Positions 37,263 to 48,700 of a stretch of 64,000 nucleotides of DNA are shown here, one piece after another (positions within the stretch are counted from its first letter, which is position 1; each line of letters begins with the position of its first letter). The notes under the pieces are model-generated. The model saw only the letters and a program-made list of their open reading frames with translations. It did no database searches and had not been told where the DNA came from. Source of the stretch: Nemertoderma westbladi (lineage: Eukaryota; Animalia; Xenacoelomorpha); the NCBI GenBank assembly GCA_032718475.1, contig JAUCBJ010007113.1:6513-70512 (forward strand), read 5' to 3'. The position numbers and the translations under genes are program-made.

Positions 37263-39440
37263 TCTATGGAATGTTATTTGCTTGGAACTGGGTGATTGTG
37301 GGGTTGGCTGGTGTATGGTTTATTTTATCAACTACAGGGAGGGTATTATTGAAACGTTTGCTGTGGTGTCTGAGTTTCGTAGCTGCTATACCAACGTCCA
37401 CTTTCGCTTCAGAAATTTGGGTTCCCGTAGTCCCCGCATGTGGTATAAAACTGAAACCGAGCCCAAGCACCTCATCTTGTGCCGCAGTCAGTACTGTACT
37501 CGATAGGTTGCTTACCGTGGCTTCCATTAATGGGAATGGATTAGTTGATAATGGGTCGTCTGGATCCAGTTCTCGTGGAGGTTTTGTGCTGTGATTATCC
37601 GCAAGAGACCGATGTTTGCTCGAGATAGCCGTGTCAATGCTTGTTCCATTACATAGTAACCCATATTGTAATTGTACTTATAACCATTCGGTTGCACGCG
37701 ACCTCAAATTCCCGGTTTTCTATTAGAGGAAGGTCCTTTTAAGTACTCCCTCGTAAATAGAGGGGTAGAACTTTAATATTGATCCGAGACGGGACGCCAT
37801 AAATTGAGGCGGGAAGTTAGATTGGCGGCAAGATTTGAAGTAATCAATTTGTTGTAACGTAAGTACTTGGTTTAGTTTAAGTTTTAAATAGTTTCTGACA
37901 TCGCCACGAACGGCATCATTTCGACTTCCTTGCAGTACGTCAGCCAGGATTGAGAATAACTCGGTTTCACCATCTGATGAGAGTACGTGAGCTTCTGTGT
38001 CACAATATAATAATCCAATTCCAGCCACAATTACCTCTGGTATTCCATAAACTCTTAGGATGTACAGCATTTCACCTATATGGATTGAGTCGAATGCTTT
38101 CTTGAAGTCCACAAAAGTCAGAACAGCGCGGAGATTGTTTGACTTAATTCCCTCAATCAGTCTCCGTAGCACAAGTATCAGAGTTGTTGTTGATCTATTT
38201 GGTCGAAATCCGTTTTGGCTCTTACGCAGTGTCAGTTTCTCTATGTGAGGTCTAATTCTATCGATCCTATCTATTCTGACCTCGATTTTTGGTGGCTGCC
38301 CAAGCAAGTTGCTGAAGTGATCTTTCCACTTCCCAACACTTTCTTCAGAACTATCATCTTTGAGGCGCCCCTTATAAAAGCTTTTCCGACCAGATACCTC
38401 ATTTACAGTTTGCCAAGTAAGTCTTTATTGTTGCTGTATGTGAGCAGTTGTAATTTCTTCAATTTTATCCTGATGTCGTAGGCCAATTTCAGATCTTCCT
38501 TAGCGTTCTCAACCATGATTTCGGTAGTTGGTTGTTCGGTTTTTACTTTGTAGGCTAATCTTAAGATCTTCTCTCTTACAAGTAACCTCAGAGTCTTGCT
38601 ATGGCCCATACTGTTTTCGTTTGGGTTTCTGGGGAATGTGCCTCTTGGCTGATTCGATTCCTTGTGGGCTTTTATTATATTCTGGTATATTGAATCGGTA
38701 GACTAACTGGTCTTCATCCATTGATTGAAGTACTTCAAAGCCGATTTGAACTTCTACTGTGTAAGCATCCTTTTCTGCATTGTCAGTTATGAGTTTCTCA
38801 AAGTCATAGTTGATTCGCTTGCTTGTCCTGGGTTTGCTGGCTCTCAAACTGAGTCTGATCTCTGCAGTCTGGTCTGGTCCGAACCAATTAGGTTGAACGG
38901 GCTTTATGGCTCGCAGTTAATCATGCTGATTCTCCACTTTTTGTGTGCGTCCAATTCTATGGTGATAAAGGAATATATTCTGGGTTGGAGTCTGGTGGAG
39001 TCCGAGTCGGGTTGACGCACACGTCAAATCATATAAAGACGAGGCCATATTTTGGCACTGTGCTGTGATGGTCCATTTCCGCAGGTAGACCTAACGCCTC
39101 TTTTTACCTTTAGATTGCTCGGGTTCGCGCTCATTATAAATATACTGTGCGGAGTCTTAAAAGACAACAAGATACGGTAAAATGTTTTAATGTAATTCAG
39201 GCCTTATTAAATGGTAATGTATATATTAAAAGAAATCCGCAAATTGCGAGGAAACATTTGCGTAAACAGCTGTGGAAGGCTGCACAGTAGAAAAATAAAT
39301 TGCTGATAAATTTGGTTCGGTGTATAAATTATTACATAATCAAAAAGTGGATAACGATTTAATTAAGTGAAATTGATGAGAAAATAAAGAATGCTATTAA
39401 TTGCAATACCAATATTTTAATACCTAATTCTATTTCAAAT

Positions 39441-39572
39441 AGTGCGGTGCACCAGGGCGGTGCACCGGGGCGGTGCACCAGGGTCGGAACGTGCGGTGCA
39501 CCAGGGCCGGAACGTGCGGTGCACCAGGGCCAGAACGTGCGGTGCACCAGAGCCCGTGCGGTGCGCCAAGGA
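39441..39572. repeat. Short GC-rich minisatellite (GTGCGGTGCACCAGGGCCGGAAC-like, 12-23-bp units)
   Basis: About 7 copies of cggtgcacc are visible. Confidence 0.8.
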
Positions 39573-40212
39573 TGCAAACTTCACTAAAGACTATATTTTA
39601 TTGATAACTTTAAATGTGCAGTATTTTAGTGTGCAGTAAGTATATTAATTGTTATACCTACTGTAGTTACTCATATGTCTTCTATGTACTGATACATATT
39701 TTACTTATATATAAATATATATCCATCATGTTACTTTACATATATCCTATATATTAATGATTTTAGTAATAAAGCCGTCGGGGCGAGAATACCGAAATTA
39801 AATGAAAAAAAATTAAATTCAAGTACAACTCAGTGTACGTGGACAGATACAGAAGTGATTAATTATTATTCGAGAAATCAATCGCCTCTATAGATCTATG
39901 GATCTATCCTTGATTTTACCAAGGCATTCCATCTTGTAGAGGAGTTTAAGTTATTTTTAGAATTTATAATAAAGAAAGGTTTTTCTCAGTTTTAACTTAG
40001 ATGTTTATTGTTTATTTAACGCATTCGAGAATGCTATGTTCGATGGAATACCCCGTTAACACCTATTAAATTTACTAATACTAATGGTTGTAGACAAGGG
40101 TCTATTTTATACCAGTTGGCCGGTGCTCTTTTGTGTTGTATTAAACATTCTATTAATTAGACTAAAAATTAGTAAAGTGGCCTGTTATGTTGGATCTCAT
40201 TTCTTTGGTTGT

Positions 40213-41125
40213 TTGGTTTACACTGATGGTGTATTATTAATGTGCGGTTCTGTCATTGGTTTACGCTGATGGTGTATTATTAATGTGCGGTTCTGTCATT
40301 GGTTTACACTGATGGTATATTATTAATGTGCGGTTCTGTCATTGGTTTACGCTGATGGTGTATTATTAATGTGCGGTTCTGTCATTGGTTTACACTGATG
40401 GTATATTATTAATGTGCGGTTCTGTCATTGGTTTACACTGATGGTATATTATTAATGTGCGGTTCTGTCATTGGTTTACACTGATGGTATATTATTAATG
40501 TGCGGTTCTGTCATTGGTTTACGCTGATGGTGTATTATTAATGTGCGGTTCTGTCATTGGTTTACACTGATGGTATATTATTAATGTGCGGTTCTGTCAT
40601 TGGTTTACGCTGATGGTGTATAATTAATGTGCGGTTCTGTCATTGGTTTACGCTGATGGTGTATTATTAATGTGCGGTTCTGTCATTGGTTTACACTGAT
40701 GGTATATTATTAATGTGCGGTTCTGTCATTGGTTTACGCTGATGGTATATTATTAATGTGCGGTTCTGTCATTGGTTTACGCTGATGGTGTATTATTAAT
40801 GTGCGGTTCTGTCATTGGTTTACGCTGATGGTGTATTATTAATGTGCGGTTCTGTCATTGGTTTATGCTGACGGTGTATTATTAATGTGCGGTTCTGTCA
40901 TTGGTTTACGTTGATGGTGTATTATTAATGTGCGGTTCTGTCATTGGTTTACGCTGATGGTGTATTATTAATGTGCGGTTCTGTCATTGGTTTACGTTGA
41001 TGGTGTATTATTAATGTGCGGTTCTGTCATTGGTTTATGCTGACGGTGTATTATTAATGTGCGGTTCTGTCATTGGTTTACGTTGATGGTGTATTATTAA
41101 TGTGCGGTTCTGTCATTGGTTTACA
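40213..41125. repeat. Tandem array C, 43-bp unit x21, derived from the RT catalytic-motif region
   Basis: Unit is TTGGTTTACGCTGATGGTGTATTATTAATGTGCGGTTCTGTCA. The array is bounded by the 10-bp direct repeat TTGGTTTACA; (41116-40213)/43 = 21. Confidence 0.97.
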
Positions 41126-41654
41126 ATTTATGATAAACATTTGTACTAAATTTTGTACAGAGTATAATCTAAGTTAAGTACGGATATAGACCCAAATAAG
41201 TGTAAATGTAAATCATACCATTTCAGATTCGATGGAACCAACCACTAGTTAGGATAATTATTAACAACGTAGAGATTCCCATGTACATACAGCAGGCTGT
41301 ATGTACATTAAGGTAAAACATTTGATTATATTATAAATGCATATTAGATAGGAATGTGTCCCCTGTGTTACGTAAAAGATCTGAATTTATCTCTAAGTAA
41401 ACTTAAACAGGAATTTAATTTTGCTACCACTAATAATTTGTGTGCTTTGCAGAAGCTTTATCTGATGAGTTTCTATGGTAGTCCGGTTTGGAACTTAAAA
41501 TCCACGAAATCGTCATGGAATATAAATGTAGGGCGTGTATGGAACAGTCATCATCACATTGTTGAGGGTTTAGTTAACTTTATACATCAACAAGTAATGC
41601 TATGTACAGTAGTCGCTTCGTAGGTTTTTATAATGGTGTTTTGAATTCTAATAA

Positions 41655-42214
41655 GGGGCCGTGCACAAATGATGTCACGCTTTTATTGAAGATCCCCCCC
41701 CCCCCCCCCCCCCCCCCCCCTTGAACGTCACGTCACAAAAAATATCCAGTATAGTTAATAAAAACTGTCAACTTTGAAATTATTATGTTATTAATACTAA
41801 ATGTTAATACTTCATTAATTCAGCTGTACACAATGACTAAACAAGGAAGACACCCCACATATTCACTCCCATGGGAATGACGACATCTGAGTTTCGACTT
41901 CGATCACCGGCAGTGCACCACGTATACGGCCGACTATTGTGCCACTTCCTGGGTCTAACTCTACCTCGTCCTTATCTACCCAGTCAATGTGGTGTTCTTC
42001 ATCTTTATCGCCACTTAGAATTCATTTCATCACCTCGATTCGCGATTACTTGAATAGATTTCACTTTGGCTGTTGATGTTGGTGTTATGTATTTTATTTT
42101 TTCACCAAAGTGATATTGTGACGTCACCAGTATAGCTACTCCCCCATGTCACAAATTGTCACAAAATTGCCAACCCCGTCCCCTTCGAACGTGACATCAT
42201 TTGTACACGGCCCC
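41655..42214. mobile_element. MITE with GGGG termini and TAA TSD (PIF/Harbinger- or Zator-type)
   Basis: TIRs are GGGGCCGTGCACAAATGATGTCACG and CGTGACATCATTTGTACACGGCCCC. TAA lies at 41652-41654 and 42215-42217. Confidence 0.9.
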
Positions 42215-42752
42215 TAAACTGCCTGTGCAATTTTTAGCCCGTATTGTTTTCGCTGATTGTAGAAGTAACAGTGCAGTGGTGCAAATTTAAGATTTATAAG
42301 TAATGATTGCGGTGTTCCTATTGGTAATTTAAGCGCTTATTTAATTAAGCGCTTAATTAAGTGCTCTCCAATAGATTAATACAGGAATTGGAAGTTCCGG
42401 GGTTCGATTTCGATGAAATAAAAGACAAATTTAATTATTTCATACCTGATCGGTTTATACCGAAAACAACAAAAAATGTGACAAAAAATATTCAAATTAT
42501 TGTATTTTTAAAATTACCGTTATAAATAAAACCAAACAATTCCCAGTCAAACACATATATAAACATGATAATAAAAAACAGGAATAGAAATACAAAAAAA
42601 CATAATGAAAAACAAATATACTATTAATTTTCAACCATTTTTACAAATAAATAACATAAAACCCCATTTACACTGTATAAATAATACCTGTGCAGTGTGC
42701 AGCGTAGAGACTTAAAAAATAACAAAATAAATAGATTCAGAACAATATAATA

Positions 42753-45700
42753 GTGAGTCAGGCACAGCAACCCAGCCGCCACTCAGTACAGAATGGGTGT
42801 CTAGCACAGACTCCCAGCCGCCACTCAGTACAGAATGGGTGTGTCTAGCAAGCCACCCAGCCGCCACTCCGTACAGAATGGGTGTGTCTAGCAAGCCACC
42901 CAGCCGCCACTCCGTATAGAATGGGTGTGTCTAGCACAGCCACCCAGCCGCCACTCCGTACAGAATTGGTGTGTCTAGCACAGCCACCCAGTCGCCATTC
43001 AGTACAGAATGGGTGTGTCTAGCACAGCCACCCCAGCCGCCACTCAGTACAGAATGGGTGTGTCTAGCACAGCCACCCAGCCGCCACTCAGTACAGAATG
43101 GGTGTGTCTAGCACAGCCACCCAGCCGCCACTCAGTACAGAATGGGTGTGTCTAGCACAGCCACCCAGCCGCCACTCCGTACAGAATGGGTGTCTAGCAA
43201 GCCACCCAGCCGCCACTCGTACAGAATGGGTGTCTAGCACAGCCACCCAGCCGCCACTCAGTACAGAATTGGTGTCTAGCACAGACTCCCAGCCGCCACT
43301 CAGTACAGAATGGGTGTGTCTAGCACAGCCACCCAGCCGCCACTCCGTACAGAATGGGTGTGTCTAGCACAGCCACCCAGCCGCCACTCCGTACAGAATT
43401 GGTGTGTCTAGCACAGCCACCCAGTCGCCATTCAGTACAGAATGGGTGTGTCTAGCACAGCCACCCAGCCGCCACTCCGTACAGAATGGGTGTGTCTAGC
43501 ACAGCCACCCAGTCGCCACTCAGTACAGAATGGGTGTGTCTAGCACAGCCACCCAGCCGCCACTCCGTACAGAATGGGTGTGTCTAGCACAGCCACCCAG
43601 TCGCCACCCCGTACAGAATGGGTGTGTCTAGCACAGCCACCCAGCCGCCACTCCGTACAGAATGGGTGTGTCTAGCACAGCCACCCAGCCGCCACTCCGT
43701 ACAGAATGTGGTGTCTAGCACAGCCTCCCAGCCGCCACTCAGTACAGAATGGGTGTGTCTAGCACAGCCACCCAGCCGCCACTCCGTACAGAATGGGTGT
43801 GTCTAGCACAGCCACCCAGCCGCCACTCCGTACAGAATGGGTGTGTCTAGCACAGCCACCCAGCCGCCACTCAGTACAGAATGGGTGTGTCTAGCACAGC
43901 CACCCAGCCGCCACTCCGTACAGAATGGGTGTGTCTAGCACAGCCACCCAGCCGCCACTCAGTACAGAATGGGTGTGTCTAGCACAGCCACCCAGCCGCC
44001 ACTCCGTACAGAATGGGTGTGTCTAGCACAGCCACCCAGTCGCCACTCCGTACAGAATTGGTGTGTCTAGCAAGCCACCCAGCCGCCACTCCGTACAGAA
44101 TTGGTGTCTAGCACAGACTCCCAGCCGCCACTCAGTACAGAATGGGTGTGTCTAGCAAGCCACCCAGCCGCCACTCCGTACAGAATTGGTGTCTAGCACA
44201 GCCTCCCAGCCGCCACTCAGTACAGAATGGGTGTGTCTAGCACAGCCACCCAGCCGCCACTCCGTACAGAATGGGTGTGTCTAGCACAGCCACCCAGCCG
44301 CCACTCCGTACAGAATTGGTGTGTCTAGCACAGCCACCCAGTCGCCATTCAGTACAGAATGGGTGTGTCTAGCACAGCCACCCAGCCGCCACTCCGTACA
44401 GAATGGGTGTGTCTAGCACAGCCACCCAGTCGCCACTCAGTACAGAATGGGTGTGTCTAGCACAGCCACCCAGCCGCCACTCCGTACAGAATGGGTGTGT
44501 CTAGCACAGCCACCCAGCCGCCACTCAGTACAGAATGGGTGTGTCTAGCACAGCCACCCAGCCGCCACTCAGTACAGAATGGGTGTGTCTAGCACAGCCA
44601 CCCAGCCGCCACTCAGTACAGAATGGGTGTGTCTAGCACAGCCACCCAGCCGCCACTCAGTACAGAATGGGTGTGTCTAGCACAGCCACCCAGCAGCCAC
44701 TCAGTACAGAATGGGTGTGTCTAGCACAGCCACCCCAGCCGCCACTCAGTACAGAATGGGTGTGTCTAGCACAGCCACCCCAGCCGCCACTCAGTACAGA
44801 ATGGGTGTGTCTAGCACAGCCACCCAGCCGCCACTCAGTACAGAATGGGGGTGTCTAGCACAGCCACCCAGCCGCCACTCAGTACAGAATGGCTGTGTCT
44901 AGCACAGCCACCCAGCCGCCACTCAGTACAGAATGGGTGTGTCTAGCACAGCCACCCCAGCCGCCACTCAGTACAGAATGGGTGTGTCTAGCACAGCCAC
45001 CCAGCCGCCAGTCAGTACAGAATGGGTGTGTCTAGCACAGCCACCCAGCCGCCACTCAGTACAGAATGGGTGTGTCTAGCACAGCCACCCAGTCGCCACT
45101 CCGTACAGAATGGGTGTGTCTAGCACAGCCACCCAGCCGCCACTCAGTACAGAATGGGTGTGTCTAGCACAGCCACCCAGCCGCCACTCAGTACAGAATG
45201 GGTGTGTCTAGCACAGCCACCCAGCAGCCACTCAGTACAGAATGGGTGTGTCTAGCACAGCCACCCAGCCGCCATACAGTACAGAATGGGTGTGTCTAGC
45301 ACAGCCACCCAGCCGCCACTCAGTACAGAATGGGTGTGTCTAGCACAGCCACCCAGCCGCCACTCAGTACAGAATGGGTGTGTCTAGCACAGCCACCCCA
45401 GCCGCCACTCCGTACAGAATGGGTGTGTCTAGCACAGCCACCCAGCCGCCACTCAGTACAGAATGGGTGTGTCTAGCACAGCCACCCAGCCGCCACTCAG
45501 TACAGAATGGGTGTGTCTAGCACAGCCACCCAGCCGCCACTCAGTACAGAATGGGTGTGTCTAGCACAGCCACCCCAGCCGCCACTCCGTACAGAATGGG
45601 TGTGTCTAGCACAGCCACCCAGCCGCCACTCAGTACAGAATGGGTGTGTCTAGCACAGCCACCCAGCCGCCACTCCGTACAGAATGGGTGTGTCTAGCAC

Positions 45701-48700
45701 AGCCACCCAGCCGCCATTCAGTACAGAATGGGTGTGGCTAGCACAGCCACCCAGTCGCCACTCAGTACAGAATGGCTGTGTCTAGTACAGCCACCCAGTC
45801 GCCACTCCGTACAGAATGGGGGTGTCTAGCACAGCCACCCAGCCGCCACTCAGTACAGAATGGGGGTGTCTAGCACAGCCACCCAGCCGCCACTCAGTAC
45901 AGAATGGGGGTGTCTAGCACAGCCACCCAGCCGCCACTCAGTACAGAATGGGTGTGTCTAGCACAGCCACCCCAGCCGCCACTCCGTACAGAATTGGTGT
46001 GTCTAGCACAGCCACCCAGTCGCCATTCAGTACAGAATGGGTGTGTCTAGCACAGCCACACAGCCGCCACTCCGTACAGAATTGGTGTGTCTAGCACAGC
46101 CACCCAGTCGCCATTCAGTACAGAATGGGTGTGGCTAGCACAGCCACCCAGTCGCCACTCAGTACAGAATGGCTGTGTCTAGTACAGCCACCCAGCCGCC
46201 ACTCCGTACAGAATGGGTGTGTCTAGCACAGCCACCCGGCAGCCACTCAGTACAGAATGGGTGTGTCTAGCACAGCCACCCAGCCGCCACTCAGTACAGA
46301 ATGGGTGTGTCTAGCACAGCCACCCAGCCGCCATCAGTACAGAATGGGTGTGTCTAGCACAGCCACCCAGCAGCCACTCAGTACAGAATGGGTGTGTCTA
46401 GCACAGCCACCCCAGCCGCCACTCAGTACAGAATGGGTGTGTCTAGCACAGCCACCCCAGCCGCCACTCAGTACAGAATGGGTGTGTCTAGCACAGCCAC
46501 CCAGCCGCCACTCAGTACAGAATGGGGGTGTCTAGCACAGCCACCCAGCCGCCACTCAGTACAGAATGGCTGTGTCTAGCACAGCCACCCAGCCGCCACT
46601 CAGTACAGAATGGGTGTGTCTAGCACAGCCACCCCAGCCGCCACTCAGTACAGAATGGGTGTGTCTAGCACAGCCACCCAGCCGCCAGTCAGTACAGAAT
46701 GGGTGTGTCTAGCACAGCCACCCAGCCGCCACTCAGTACAGAATGGGTGTGTCTAGCACAGCCACCCAGTCGCCACTCAGTACAGAATGGGTGAGTCTAG
46801 CACAGCCACCAAGTCGCCACTCAGTACAGAATGGGTGTGTCTAGCACAGCCACCCAGCCGCCACCCAGTACAGAATGGGTGTGTCTAGCACAGCCACCCA
46901 GTCGCCACTCAGTACAGAATGGGTGTGTCTAGCACAGCCACCCAGCCGCCATACAGTACAGAATGGGTGTGTCTAGCACAGCCACCCAGCCGCCACTCAG
47001 TACAGAATGGGTGTGTCTAGCACAGCCACCCCAGCCGCCACTCCGTACAGAATGGGTGTGTCTAGCACAGCCACCCCAGCCGCCACTCCGTACAGAATGG
47101 GTGTGTCTAGCACAGCCACCCAGCCGCCACTCAGTACAGAATGGGTGTGTCTAGCACAGCCACCCAGCCGCCAGTCAGTACAGAATGGGTGTGTCTAGCA
47201 CAGCCACCCAGCCGCCACTCAGTACAGAATGGGTGTGTCAGGCACAGCCACCCAGCCGCCACTCAGTACAGAATGGGTGTGTCTAGCACAGCCACTCCAG
47301 CCGCCACTCCGTACAGAATGGGTGTGTCTAGCACAGCCACCCCAGCCGCCACTCCGTACAGAATGGGTGTGTCTGTCTAGCACAGCCACCCAACCGCCAT
47401 TCAGTACAGAATGGGTGTGGCTAGCACAGCCACCCAGCCGCCACCCAGTACAGAATGGCTGTGTCTAGCACAGCCACCCAGCCGCCACTCAGTACAGAAT
47501 GGGTGTGTCAGGCACAGCCACCCAGCCGCCACTCAGTACAGAATGGGTGTGTCTAGCACAGCCACCCAAGCCGCCACTCCGTACAGAATGGGTGTGTCTA
47601 GCACGGCCACCCAGTCGCCACTCAGTACAGAATGGGTGTGTCTAGCACAGCCACCCAGCCGCCACTCAGTACAGAATGGGTGTGTCTAGCACAGCCACCC
47701 AGCCGCCACTCAGTACAGAATGGGTGTGTCTAGCACAGCCACCCAGCCGCCACTCAGTACAGAATGGGTGTGTCTAGCACAGCCACCCAGCCGCCACTCA
47801 GTACAGAATGGGTGTGTCTAGCACAGCCACCCAGCCGCCACTCAGTACAGAATGGGTGTGTCTAGCACAGCCACCCAGCCGCCACTCAGTACAGAATGGG
47901 TGTGTCTAGCACAGCCACCCAGCCGCCACTCAGTACAGAATGGGTGTGTCTAGCACAGCCACCCCAGCCGCCACTCAGTACAGAATGGGTGTGTCTAGCA
48001 CAGCCACCCAGCCGCCACTCAGTACAGAATGGGTGTGTCTAGCACAGCCACCCAGCCGCCACTCAGTACAGAATGGGTGTGTCTAGCACAGCCACCCAGC
48101 CGCCACTCAGTACAGAATGGGTGTGTCTAGCACAGCCACCCAGCCGCCACTCAGTACAGAATGGGTGTGTCTAGCACAGCCACCCAGCCGCCACTCAGTA
48201 CAGAATGGGTGTGTCTAGCACAGCCACCCAGCCGCCACTCAGTACAGAATGGGTGTGTCTAGCACAGCCACCCCAGCCGCCACTCAGTACAGAATGGGTG
48301 TGTCTAGCACAGCCACCCAGCCGCCACTCCGTACAGAATGGGTGTGTCTAGCACAGCCACCCAGCAGCCACTCAGTACAGAATGGGTGTGTCTAGCACAG
48401 CCACCCAGCCGCCACTCAGTACAGAATGGGTGTGTCTAGCACAGCCACCCAGCCGCCACTCAGTACAGAATGGGTGTGTCTAGCACAGCCACCCAGCAGC
48501 CACTCAGTACAGAATGGGTGTGTCTAGCACAGCCACCCCAGCCGCCACTCAGTACAGAATGGGTGTGTCTAGCACAGCCACCCCAGCCGCCACTCAGTAC
48601 AGAATGGGTGTGTCTAGCACAGCCACCCCAGCCGCCACTCAGTACAGAATGGGTGTGTCTAGCACAGCCACCCAGCCGCCAGTCAGTACAGAATGGGTGT

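Larger units (their letters stand above)
33882..37927 (-). mobile_element. Penelope-like retroelement (RT + GIY-YIG endonuclease), decayed
   Basis: N-terminal NLSSTVLT..EVLGLGFSFIP; RT motifs GRPIIS, GAPMGGSHSGDYA, YFRTLVDD, INYLDV, IYRKP; GIY-YIG CKSSNILYIIKC..YLGQTEQRLHKRLNKH. 11-bp TSD CCTTGCAGTAC at 33871-33881 and 37928-37938. Confidence 0.92.
33328..38958 (-). mobile_element. RTE-clade LINE (same family as 56152-59884), 5'-truncated, internally deleted, split by a Penelope insertion
   Basis: (TAG)n tail at 33328-33342; RRLRFSGHCWRSK; FVDFKKAFDSIH and QNGFRPNRSTT at 38080-38220. Probable TSD atggtgacaa (33318-33327) / atggtgataa (38959-38968). Confidence 0.9.
39770..42310 (+). mobile_element. 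Decayed LINE RT (RTEX/CR1-like), interrupted by array C and a MITE
   Basis: Motifs LDFTKAF (~39910), NGCRQGSIL, VGSHFFGCLVYTDGVLLMCGSVIGLQFMINIC (YADD-equivalent region) and LMSFYGSPVWNL. Confidence 0.75.
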
